Assembly (NCBI GenBank): GCA_950097015.1
Contig: CATNEN010000003.1
Coordinates: 15,128,001-15,192,000 of the forward strand
From: Macrostomum hystrix
Lineage: Eukaryota; Animalia; Platyhelminthes
DNA length: 64,000 nt
Direction: 5' to 3'
Both the position numbers and the translations under genes were made by a program. How positions within the stretch are numbered: the first letter of the stretch is position 1; the number at the start of each line of letters is the position of its first letter. This document shows positions 51,335 through 62,778 of the stretch, one piece after another. The notes beneath the pieces are model-generated. The model did no database searches and was not told where the DNA came from. It was given only the letters and a program-made list of their open reading frames with translations.

Positions 51335-53190
51335 CATTCATACACGTCTATTCAATATGTCAATTGCAATTTCAAAATATCGAAGAGACTCAATTTTTTA
51401 TGTTTGATATATAAAAATCAAAACATAGACTACTGCTAAAATAAATACCACAGAAGGAACTAAGAGTGTAAAAAATAAGTTGAGATTTGATTAATATCTT
51501 AATTTAGCTTTTAGATCTTACTCATTTACTTGCTAGGTGTCAGTTGTACTCTTTGCTTTTAGCCTTTGTCGTGTTATTTTATTACTTAATATTAATTAAT
51601 TATGATTACTTACTAAACTGATATACCTTTACATGTTCTATCTTATCTTAATATTTTCCTAGGTTTGAAATAAATGAATCCAAAGTGGAAAGCTAAATAT
51701 TGTGAATAGCAGTTACTAGAAGAAATAAAAATGGACTAAAGGTTTTCAGAATAGGTTATTCATAAACAAATATTATTTAGGATACTTTTTAGGATTTAGG
51801 ATAATTATTTTTTAATTATACAACTGCAACAACAGATAAAGAAAGTATAAAGATAACAATCTTTATCTTTATAATTATAAAGAATTTAACACTAAGTCTT
51901 GAACGATGAATATTTTACACGGTGAATTCATACAGTTTGAACACGGTTTACACGGTGAATATTTAAACTTACACGCTATAGGTTTAACGATGTCGTTTAT
52001 TATGTTTCAAACATTACATTTGCAACTTTTTGCTACATTACTGTCATGAAAAGAAATCAGTTGATCACGTGTGATAAACTGATGTGAGCAATATATTTAC
52101 ATTAAAATTTGTCGTCTATCCGCCGGTATGCAATTTGCCCTGATATGCTCTGATATCATATAATTTAAACTTCTTTTTCTTTGAATGGTGCAAAAAGTAG
52201 AAAAAATAGTAAACATTATCAGCTGAGTGACGGTGTTCCTTAACAAAACGACTACAATTACCAGCACCTCCAGCTAGTCGAGATCAACACCAACCACAAA
52301 CTACAATACGCTCGTAGCTCGAGTTCGATAAAGTGATCATGTCTTCCTGTGCAACCTAACAGTGTGCAGCTACCTCATTATTTGATGAGTTGTACTTCCT
52401 TGGCGCTCTGGTCGACCCGATTTGCATGGGCCTCTGCAGCTCATGCAGGAAGTTGTCAATTGATGCGGGCGTGATGATCAGGTTATCGACCCCCAAAATT
52501 CAGACAATAACCTTTACTAAAAACAGCATGCATTTCGACGGCTTTTTGCCTCATGTATTAGTTTTTAAAAAATGGCAATTGTTGCATTTTTAAGCTTAAA
52601 TGCAAAAAAAATTATGCAACACAGCACAGAGTCTCATAGTTGTGAAGACACCAAATAAAGATCTTCAGGTGCTGAACGAGCACGGATGTGTCAATTCAAT
52701 GTCGAGGAAAGGAGGTGAAAGCTTGACTGGGACATTTGTTTTTAGAAGGACCTGCTCCAGCTACATGATTCTTGAAGAATCCAGAGACGATTGGAAACTA
52801 AAAAAGGTGAGATGAAGAGAAAGAATCGAGAGGTAAGAAAAAGGAGAGATTAGCCAGTGGCTTTAAATTCTGGGTTACACCATTAAAATGTGATCCGAAC
52901 GCAGCACTTTGCTACTGCCACGAGAGACCACACACAGGAAAAGGGCAGCGTAAATTGTGCGGCGTAATATCAACACTACTAAATCCACCTGCACACAAGT
53001 CAAGCACCAAGACCTTAGCAGATAAGACAAGAAATGCTCTAACGTGCACATAAAGGTCGCTCTTGCATTTAAAATGGTAGGAAATACAAGTTTCCGTTTG
53101 GATCCATATTTGCATTCTAATTGATATCGCACCGGAAACTGCACTACAGCTCGAGCCGGTGCAACACCTACACGACCTTGAGATTCCCGC

Positions 53191-53199
53191 CTATAAATA
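53191..53199 (+). promoter_or_regulatory. Candidate TATA box (CTATAAATA) of the secreted-protein gene
   Basis: ~95 bp upstream of the ATG; AATAAA at ~54707 downstream of the stop. Confidence 0.5.
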
Positions 53200-53287
53200 T
53201 GAGAGGCCGTTCAGCTTGCAAAGAGGTCATGCAGACTCAGTCCTCTAAATACTCAGTCCTTAAAGTCTTCAAAGCTCACACAGCCAG

Positions 53288-54532
53288 ATGCTGCGACTGC
53301 TGATCCTGCTCGCTGCCAGCTGCTGCCTTCTCGCCGCTGTGCAGGCAAGGCGGCCGCCGCAGATCATCAGAGCGCTGAGTCGTCAGGCCGAGTCTGGCGT
53401 GATCTCGGCGCTGCGCAGTCAGGTGGGCCAGCTGTCGTCTCCCATGCCAGGTGGAGTGCTGTGCCCCTCCTGCCTGATTGTGGGGCCGAAGGCGCACAGC
53501 GAGCTGTTTCAGGGCTCGGTCGAGCGCTCTCAGCTGCAGGCCGGCATTCGGTCTCGCGGACTGCCGCAGGAGGTGGCCGACCGACTGTCGGCACTGGCCT
53601 TCGCTCGCTCGGTCTCATTTCACACGTTCTCGTTTTCCGTGAGCACGCTGGTCGGTCGCGGCCACTACGAGACCTTCATCGGAGCCGGGAGACGCATCGA
53701 TGACGCGAAGGTTGAGTTCGGCGTGATCCGAAGCGTGGCCAGCGCTCAGCTGGTCGCCAAGTTCACACCGGTGCCAAGGCGGAGCTGCAAACGGCGCTTT
53801 TTCATCAAGCGCTGCCGCTCGTGGACGGAGCAGGTCCCACGGGGTCTCACGGCCGATGAGCTGCGATTGGTCGAGGCCGGACTGCGACACTACGCAATGT
53901 CTGCAGCTGCGAGCCGGCTGGCCGGAGCCTCCTTCCTGCGAAGCCGTCGCTCCGTCGATGAGCTCGACGAGGAGCTGGCCGAGGAAGTGGCTGCGCCTAC
54001 AACGACAGTCGCACCGGCAGACGCTGCTCAGAACGCCACCCTCATCGAGATGGTTCGGACCGGATTCGACCAGCTAGCCTTCTCGGCGACGACCCAGAAT
54101 CTGCGCCGCATCCCCGTCTCCAGGGTGAACGCCTTCGCCGCAGTGTTCGTCCGCTCCCTCAACCTGCCGAGCTCGCTCGTCGGACCCGTCAGAGACGCCG
54201 TGACGAGAGCAGTGGCCACCGAAGGCGTTGAGAAGCGGCTCAGCGTCCTGTTCAACAGCGAGGACGACCCGAGCGCGATCCGCTTCATCCAGCTCGCTCT
54301 GGTCAGGCGCTCCAACTGGTTCGACGTAGCGTCCGCCACCGTGCGACTCGAGGCTCGCCTCGCCGACCGGCTGCAGCTGCTGGTGAGTCAGGACGACGAC
54401 GGCGAAGGAGACATCCGCGTTCGTCGACTGCCGGCTCGCGTCGGTCAGGACGAAGTGCTGCAGGTGTTGCGGCTGCTGCAGTCCGCAGCTTCGGGTCAAC
54501 TTTCCGGGAAATCTCCTCTTCTCACTGCCTGA
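53288..54532 (+). CDS. Intronless secreted 414-aa precursor of unknown family: signal peptide, two putatively paralogous domains, central RSRR furin site
   Basis: Long GC-rich ORF; MLRLLILLAASCCLLAAVQA signal; flanking TATA and polyA signals. Confidence 0.85.
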   Translation: MLRLLILLAASCCLLAAVQARRPPQIIRALSRQAESGVISALRSQVGQLSSPMPGGVLCPSCLIVGPKAHSELFQGSVERSQLQAGIRSRGLPQEVADRLSALAFARSVSFHTFSFSVSTLVGRGHYETFIGAGRRIDDAKVEFGVIRSVASAQLVAKFTPVPRRSCKRRFFIKRCRSWTEQVPRGLTADELRLVEAGLRHYAMSAAASRLAGASFLRSRRSVDELDEELAEEVAAPTTTVAPADAAQNATLIEMVRTGFDQLAFSATTQNLRRIPVSRVNAFAAVFVRSLNLPSSLVGPVRDAVTRAVATEGVEKRLSVLFNSEDDPSAIRFIQLALVRRSNWFDVASATVRLEARLADRLQLLVSQDDDGEGDIRVRRLPARVGQDEVLQVLRLLQSAASGQLSGKSPLLTA

Positions 54533-55071
54533 ATGGGCGAAAAGTTTTAAAGAGCGTCTCGAAACTAGGCTCTCGTCATTGGTCTGTGACCAATCAGCAT
54601 GGACCGCCAAATTGCCAAAATATTTACTGCTTTTAGAAACTTAACTGACATTCGCTCGGGCAATGATTTGATACTGTGATTTCCGATTTTCGTTAATTAA
54701 ACTGTCAATAAAGTTAACAGTTCTTGAATAATATATATTTTTTATCTTCCTAATTCGAAACATAATGCTATACCATCATGTGGTACAAGCTGTTTAAACT
54801 GAAGTTTACTACCTATTCGTTTATTTTTATTGACCGTCGGCTTTAGAAACTTTCGTGATTCTGTTTCGGTTTTTCACAAAAAGACGAATGAGCTTGCGAA
54901 CACAAAACTATTTACGAAAACTTACATTTTAACCAGAAAAAAAGCTATTAAATTCACATAAAGGGCTGCTAGCAGAGAACGATTAAAGGTCGATTAATTA
55001 AAGGAGTCAGAACGAAGTGACGTAAGAATCAGTTTTTTCTTCTACAAAAAAACATTCGTTTTTTTGTCAAT

Positions 55072-55400
55072 ACCAAGGAGGGTTTTTCGAAAACCCACTG
55101 CCTACTTAATGATATAGCTCCCAAACCAAATGACCGATTTTTATGACAGAGCATCTTCGACATATTCAGCGATCCTTGTCGAAGACCCTGGTGACAAGGA
55201 CAATTAACATTGCCCTGAAGAATCCTCTATGGTGAATCCATATTCCTGACGAGAATCGTTGAATATCTCGACGATCTGTGACTCTGGATGTTGTTTAAAG
55301 TCAGATATAGAGTGGAAATTTTTAGCCTGATGTTCATGGCGATTGTTTGAGTATTTAGGGAGTACATAAAAATGGATTAAAAAAATGGACGGATTATGCA
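55072..55400 (+). mobile_element. Diverged copy of the second TIR-element family
   Basis: Colinear similarity to 62300-62725 and 15950-16110. Confidence 0.6.
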
Positions 55401-55531
55401 AACATATTCGATTTAAAATAAAGCTTTAAGTATTTGTCCGAAATCGCTCTAGCCATCATCAAAGTTTCCTGTTACATCGCGAACATCTCCACTTCAGTAT
55501 TTGCCTGTTTGCTTCATGTCATGCCAGTATA

Positions 55532-57273
55532 TTACTCGCAGACCCCCGACATGCTCAACAGGACGCGACCCTGCAGCTCCAAGTTGGCTCCGCTGGCAGC
55601 GACACAGCCAAAGCCGCCGCAGAAGGAGCCGCCACCGCCGGCGCCATGGTCGCGACTGGTGCTGGCGCCGCCGCCGCTGTAGCCTCCGCCGCCACCGGCG
55701 GAGCCTAGGACATTCGGACAGCAGCCGCCGCCACCGCCGCCACCGCCGAAGCCGCCATTACCGTCTAGGCACGGATTGATTCCACCGAGCCAACCGTTGT
55801 CGCGGCTCAGCCCGGGACCTCCAGGATAAACGACACTGGCAAGCGGTTGAGCCGAGCCCGTCCAGCCGGCGCCAGGCCCGCCGCAGTAGTGGCTCGCCTG
55901 CCTCGAACCTGGCTGACCATCGTCTCCTCCAGCGCCCGCCTGGCTGCCACTGGGCGTGCTGTCCGTGCCATTCGTAGTGTTAGCGCCGTTGACACCTTCT
56001 GGAATGTTCAGATTTAATTAGAGGATATCTTATCACAGGGAAGCTTTCGCCCAGACCAGTTCTTAGAAAATCGGACTCCTGAACAGGAGATTAGGAGCTT
56101 AATTATTCTTTGAATATTCCAATTGCTGGAGTAGCAATTCCACTGCGCGTGGCCTGGCTACCATGGACTAAGCAACACTGTGTCCAGCTTTTGCGCCACA
56201 CTATTGCCGTTACTACTCTATGATTCTAAAGTGAAGAAGTTTGGATCAAAATTCGCGAGGATTTGTAGCCAAGTGGTTAGAGCGTCGGACTTACGACTTT
56301 GGTGTCGGGGGTTCGACTCTAGTTTGTGTTCTTTAGCTAGACACTTAATTATGCATTGCTTCAGTTCAACCAGCTCTTAAATGGGTACCGGTGTTAGTTG
56401 TGGTTACTGAGGGTGGGTGTAGCGTCTCCCCAGTCCATGGGACTGAACAGCCGTACGCAGCCTTCAGATGCTACCGCTCAACGCTGCACATCTCCCCGTT
56501 TGCGGCAGGTATTATTAATCGCGCTTACTGCCATCCCAAGACGCTCCGCCGCCGCCGCCAGCAGCCAGCAGCAGCTTTGTCTGACTACCAACGATGCTGT
56601 TGTTGATGTACACGAAGCTGCCGCCGCCGCCGCCGGCGCCGAACGCGCAGGACGCATTCGCGCCAGCCTGGCCGACAACAATCTCTAGCCAGATGCCAGC
56701 TTCGAGTTTGAAGTTGCCAGCTGCGTAGGCGCCTTTGCCGCCTCGTCCCGAAGCACCAGAAATGTTACCACCTGCCGCACCGTAGGCGCGGACATGGTAG
56801 CAGCCAGTGTACGGCACCTGGTAGAACTGAACTGATCCGTTTGGTCCCGTACTGCTGTCTGGTTGAGTACAACAAAACAGGTTGAAATTAGTTCGAAAGT
56901 TGCCGCATCATAATGCGTATCTAGTGAAATGACTCACTTGCAAAACCCTTAGGAAACATTCGCGACCATCGTTGCTGCTCAAAGTCTTTAGCTTTCCAGG
57001 ACCTAGCAGCAGCACCGTCGGATGGTGAGCTCAGCTGCCTTGTCACGTGACTACCGTTCGGACCCATCTTGCCCGATGACTCATCGTTGATGAACAGCTG
57101 ATGACAGACGTCGTTCATCTTGGTGGCAACAGCGCAACCATACAGCTGGCATCGAATCAGGCAGCCAGCTTCCGAGCTCACGTTGGACTCGCTGAGCACG
57201 CTGCTGCTCATAGAGTCGTCGACCAGTGGATTGCTGTCGGAAATCACCTCAAATTGCCGGCAGTCCGTCGTCA
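55532..57273 (-). CDS. PAN/apple-like Cys domain plus ALK/LTK-type glycine-rich domain protein; exons 57273-56938, 56858-56529, 55998-55532; first exon not identified
   Basis: CLIRCQLYGCAVA..CHQL; QFYQVPYTGCYHVRAYGAAGG..GAYAAGNFKL..IVVGQAG..GGGGGSFV..LLAAGGGGGA..GGFGGGG..GGGGGYSGG..GGGGSF; phase-1 GT-AG introns. Confidence 0.82.
56264..56475 (+). mobile_element. SINE family A in an intron of the Gly-rich gene
   Basis: A/B boxes plus shared body. Confidence 0.82.
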
Positions 57274-57586
57274 CTGCAGAAAATTTGTTTTGTTTAGTTC
57301 GTCCTTCAAATTATTCTCAACAGTGTTGCATCGTGATGGTAGTACTCGAGTTTTCAGAATTAGCATCTAAGGACCTTCTCAAGGTCAAAAGCTCAAGACG
57401 TAATCTTAAATAACTAACAAATATAATAAATTTGTAGTCCTACTGATAGACTAGTCTAACATGCTAGAAATTAAAGTCTCGAGAATAGGACTGCTATCCC
57501 TATAGGATGACTATAATAAAATATAATTTATTGGCTTTGCCAACGGCCATACATCTGTGGCACAACTGCATAGTAATAATAATAAT

Positions 57587-57800
57587 AATAATTGCAGGAG
57601 GGCTGCGGGCAGTGGCACATCATTTAGAGACACTAGACCCGCATCCAGCGAGGAGGCAGTTATGCCCGTTTCGCTGGCTCCTGAGCACACACGACTGTAC
57701 GCAGGCACACGCTCACAAAGGTTGTGTGTGCATCTGCCCTGACTTTCTCATCGTCAGGCAGTGTACACTCTCACTGTGCCTTGGAGGTTGGCCTCCGATG
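57587..57800 (-). mobile_element. SINE family B, 3' half with (ATT)n tail
   Basis: Matches 30017-30235. Confidence 0.85.
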
Positions 57801-58357
57801 CTTACCGATTGTGATAATACAAACCAAGGCAGCAAGTGTCAGATGCATTGTTAGGGTGTAGTTAGGCGAAAAAATGCAAGTTGTTGACGCTGGGAGTTAA
57901 GCTCAGCGCATTTCCTATATATATGCAAAGTTAGAAAGTTAGCATTAATGGGTCTAACAAAGGAGGAAACTTTTTCGACAACTAAAACTCAACCTTAAAG
58001 CCTAAGCTAAGAGTTAGATAAGACAGCAACGCGCTACCAAGGCAACCATTGCTGACAACGGCTAAACAGCAGCCAAAAGAAGAGAATCCGTGGGCGTCTC
58101 CTTTGAGACGGACGTCTTTCAACGGCTTCATTTAGAATAGTTTTTCACGGCGCCAACAAGCATGCAGCCCTAAGCCTGAGCGTCATGGATCGCTTCACCG
58201 AATGAATGCCCCATCAGCTTTCTGACAGACCCTTTTGAATTTTTTACTACGGAAGCTCAAAACAGTATACTGTAGAATACGAGCTATTGCCGAAGAAAGT
58301 TAAAAGCAAGTAAGCAAGTGTTTGATTTTTTACAATTATCATTCGTTGTATTATTTG

Positions 58358-58610
58358 TATAGCCAAGTGGTTAGAGCGTCGGACTCACGACTTGGAGGTC
58401 GGGGGTTCGATTTCCGACTCCTCTGGTACAATTTGTGTCCTTTAGCAAGACAAATAACTCTGCATTGCTTCAGTTCACCCAGCTGTTGAATGGTATTATT
58501 GAGGGTGGGTGTGGCGTCCCCCCAGTCCTTGGACTGAACAGACGTACGCAGCCCTCAGATTCGCGCGCAATAGCTGCGGCTGTGCTGTCGGCTGCACATC
58601 TGACCTATTG
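58358..58610 (+). mobile_element. SINE family A
   Basis: A/B boxes plus shared body. Confidence 0.88.
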
Positions 58611-59049
58611 TGGATCAGTTATTTTTTCCTCGTATATTATATTTTAATTCAATAATTGAAGGACATAAAAAAATTTATAAGAAGGCATAGTTCAAGAAGA
58701 GAAACAAAGAAGATTATTGCTCAGCAGAAAATGCACAAGTAGGTGCAATTGTCGGATAGTAATATATGCCAGGAAGAGCCTAAAACTTTTTTTCTGCTGC
58801 TTATTGTAAGCAGGACGAGCGTAAAAATAGCATTTTAGAATGGAAATTTCGTATACGTCAAAAAGTGTCTAATTTTCAGATAGACTTTCGACATCGTCAA
58901 TAGACGTTACGAAAAATGATTCTCTGCTTTGAAAAATAAACTGGAGCGTTTCGACCAGTGGTTAGAGCATTGGACTTCTAGTCAAGAGGTCGATAGTTCT
59001 GATCGGAACCCAAGGGAAGGCATTTGTGTCTTTGGGCAAATCACGGGTG

Positions 59050-59300
59050 TAGCTTTGGGCGGTCAGTGGTCAACGCGTTTGCCTCTCGCACCAAGGTCCC
59101 TAAGTTCGATTCCGCGGCGAGGCCACATTCATTTAGGGTGCAGCCGCGGGGAGAAGGTTTGGGGGGCACAGAGTACGTGCGTACGTTATCTGTGTGTGCG
59201 TGTGTGCCAGCGAAATGGACAGAATTGCCTCCTCGCTGGCTGCGTATCTAATGTCACCAATGTGATGTGATAACAAAAGATTATTATTATGTACGCAGCC
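59050..59300 (+). mobile_element. SINE family B with internal deletion, preceded by a tRNA-like fragment at ~58955-59010
   Basis: Head and tail match the 30017-30376 copy. Confidence 0.78.
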
Positions 59301-59370
59301 TTTCGCATGAGTTAAATGTGTCATTTGTATTCTCTAGCCAGCATTAAAAACTGTTCCTTGACAAAAGTAT

Positions 59371-62107
59371 TCACTGCATATCGCGAGCCTCCGAATGTAC
59401 GCTGAGCTCAGTGACTGGCGACCTAATGGTGACACGCAGAGGCTTCTGTCGAATGCAACACCGAGGCAAATTCAGCCAGCGTTTGAATCCTGTCAGCAGC
59501 AGCGCTCTCAGTCTGCCGTAGCAATGCACCGATTGGATCTGATTGTAGGCGTCCAGCTCTGCGCTGAATCTATCAGCGTTAGCCAGGGCGTCTGTGCATT
59601 GGGCGACCACGAAATTGATGAAGAATACGGGCACGATGAGTACAAGAGCCAGGTGAGTGATGAGGGTTGGCAAGTTGCCAAGGCTGGGTCGCAACCTCCC
59701 AGGATCTGCAGCAATGTTCAGCGTCAGTAGAAATGTCCAATAGAACTGGGCCACAGTCGTCAGGAGCGTTGAGTTATCTCCCGTAGCTTTCATCTGGCTA
59801 AACAGTTCCTGTTTTTCCTGAGACAAACGAAGCATTAAAGAACTAATGGAAACAGTTCCGCAACAGGGACAAAAATTGCTTGGGAAGCATTTTGAGTTCT
59901 GCTGTTGATTGTACTGAATTTCGTCACAAGATTCCCAAACACAGCTGTGGGTAGAGGTTGAGTGGTTGAGTGGTCCCCGAGCTCGATTCCACTCGATACC
60001 ACATTCGTTTTGCTGGGCGCAGCCGTGAAAAAAGGCTAGGGGCTTTTCGTACAATTTGAGGGCCATCCTCCAAGGCACAGTGAGAGTGTACACTGCGTAA
60101 CAATGAGAAAGTCATATACAGCACCAATTTAGAGGTTCAAATGAGCATTTAACCCTTTAGCGTCCACTCGTAGAATCTCAAATTTAACAGGTGCTACCTA
60201 ATTTAGCTCAGTTAGTAAATCGTATTTATTAACCTATCCCTTAAGTATAGGCCTTACCTGGCCGATCGCAGACGAAGTCTCAGCTACATCGAATTGCCTG
60301 GCAAACGAGCCCACAATTAAACAGTAGAGTAGCACAAACTCGGCGAACGGATTCAGGCAGGCGATCACGCCGGTAGAGAATCGACTGGTACAGCGAAACA
60401 TTCTCAGCACGCACAGAAGGCAATATGCGTCAGCCATGATGGTTACAGCTAGCAGGGAGCAGCAGATGGCTACGAAGCGTTGTCCGTCGTTAATTCGATC
60501 GCTGCAGAATTGACTTGGAGTAGCATAGGCAACTGCTAGGGCGATGCTTGTGATCAGATTGGTGAGACTGTAGAATTTGGATTAGGCGCGTGTGCACGGG
60601 GATAAATGGGATAAAATGTGGATTTCGTGTCAACTTAAGGCTCAAGAATGAAGCCACAGGTCTATTCTTCAACCAAACCGACTGAAATTTTCCGTATAGC
60701 TGGTCGATATCATGGGAAGGATTGGGGTGAGATGACGCGTCCGATTTTTTTATGTCGCCTCGACATTGAATTGAAAACAATGACTTTGGTGCGAGAGAAA
60801 AAACGCATCAGACCGCTTTGCTACTCACCACAGACGATTTTTAGCAAGTCGTATAAAAAGTGCAAACCTGGGCAGCATGAAGCGCAGCATCTCCGTGTAG
60901 CCTCTCCTGGGCCACCGGGGGTAGCCGATCCGTCTCAGGGCGACTTCCCTCGACAATATGGACGTCGCTATCATGCAGCACATGCTCAGATTGACGAGCA
61001 TTCGCCAAGCCAGGAGAAGAAGATGGCCAACTGGTGGCTGCAGAGGAGCAGATTCCTTTGCGATGCGGTTGCCCGAACAACCGGCTAGTTGAAGCTGATG
61101 CACCGAATTACCGTTGAACAGTAGCAGTAGCAGCATCAGAGTGACAGCTCTTTCTATCACGGTGGCGTTTATGATGACAGTATTGCGTCTGAAAAAAGCT
61201 TGATTTTAACATCTTTTTATGTTGTACTCGTATTAATGCGCAAGTAAAAAACGTCGAGCAGTTTTACTCATACCTGAACTCCATGCAAAACCATCGCCTG
61301 AGCAACGAATCAGTCTCGCGAAACACTCCCTGCTGTTGTAACGTCTCCAGTGACGTCTTACTCCTGCCGAACCTGTCAACCAGCAGCATCAGTGGAGAAA
61401 CGGCGCATCGCTCTACTAAACTGTCAGCGTCGTACATGCTGAGGTCCAATCGTCGAAAGCTCTGCGCCGAGTCGATCCATCGGTCGAGCGCTGGCGCAAT
61501 TCCACACTGGGTAATGGCGTTGAACAGGTCTGGCCGGCCTAAATAGACCAGCAGCTCGCACGGCAGCAGGCCGATGCTGCAGGCTTCCCGAGTCATGCGA
61601 CCCAGCTCCTCCCGCGAGAACACCTCGTTGCGCAGCTGGACAAACAGCTTGATGGCGTCCAGCACTGGCTGCGTCACCACGCCCAGACAATAGGCGTGCA
61701 GACAGTTCACTCCTTCTTCTGACACTTCGCTTGGATCGTAGCCGGCAGAGCGAAGACTGTGCGTCATCAATGAGCAGCATCGACTGGCTCGCAGGTAGAT
61801 GGACATCAGCAACGGGTTGGTTGGCTGCGGCAGCTGGAAATTTGTCTCATCGTTGTCCTCCAACTCGGTTTCGGATTGACTACCCGCTGCTGCGGACTTT
61901 TGGCTCAGGATTAGGTCCAGCCAGCGAGACGGACCGAGGCGATCACTCAGAGCCTGTAGGCGGTCAACTCTATCGACAGCCAAATCCAATAGGAAATTAA
62001 CGCGGCTTGCCTCGTCAGGAAAGAAGTCTACTTTGATTTCTAAACTGCATCTGGTCCTTGTGAAGATCCTGTTGGACGCTGTCGTGACGTCGTCAATTTC
62101 AAAACTA
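59371..62107 (-). CDS. Divergent TRPV-like cation channel; exons ~62107-61274, 61188-60829, 60567-60258, 59817-59371 (5' end uncertain; may be decaying)
   Basis: Ankyrin-like GVNCLH and GLLPCELLVYLGRPDLFNAI (cf. GLTPxKLA..G...F..I); RRLDLSMYD..SPLMLLV (cf. LYDLxxID..SxLELI); several TM segments; pore FYWTFLLTLNI; S6 VPVFFINFVVAQCTD (cf. LxNLLIAMMxDT). Confidence 0.7.
59950..60116 (+). mobile_element. Degenerate SINE family B in the last intron of the TRPV-like gene
   Basis: gcgcagccg..ctccaaggcacagtgagagtgtacactg..atgagaaagtca. Confidence 0.75.
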
Positions 62108-62297
62108 AAAGAACAGTGTGCAAGCAGCGTCGTCCATGATTAAAAGTTCTGATCAAGTCTCTAATTTTCTAACAGCTCTGAAGGCTGTGCACGCGTTCAG
62201 AGCACACGGGTTTAGCTAATGCATGTTGAGTCTATCTGTACCTTTATATGATCCATACAACTAGATTTTACTTAACGGTATAAAGATCACGTTATTT

Positions 62298-62778
62298 CGT
62301 ATTTCAAATACCCACGATAGCTCCCAAAACGAATTACGATTTTTGTGAAAGTCCGCCACTTGGATCAAAATTTTCCGCTCTTTACGATGAACTAACTTTC
62401 AAAGTCGTCCAAGTCAGCATCGTCAAGATATTCAGTGATTCTTGTCGGAGACCCAGGTGACGATGACAAACATTGCTCTGTACAGACAGCCTCTATGGCG
62501 CTTGTTTCAATAATATAATAAATTACAATAAAATTAATTCAACAGGAACAACAATATTGCCCGAAATATTGGTGCTTTTTGTCACCAGACAGGCCGCGAC
62601 GAGAATCGGTGAATATCTCGACGATGCGATGCTTTGTGAGTCTGGAAGTTGTTTAATCGTATAGAGCGGAAAAAACTTAGCTATTCGTTATCTTTATGGC
62701 GATTGTTTTAATATATATTTTGGGAGAAACAATTAAAATAAGGATATTTGAAATACCCACGCCTGGTCTTCCTACTGT
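62298..62778 (+). mobile_element. Second TIR-element family copy with intact right end (..GGTCTTCCTACTG|TTA)
   Basis: Similar to the 15935 and 55072 copies; right end is the inverse of the 15935 and 28471 left ends. Confidence 0.65.

Noticed and set aside
53367-54610. Several antisense or overlapping ORFs over the secreted gene
   Set aside because: Expected shadows of a GC-rich coding sequence
59818-60093. N-terminal part of the 240-aa ORF
   Set aside because: Overlaps a SINE B copy in the intron; the coding exon begins at 59817
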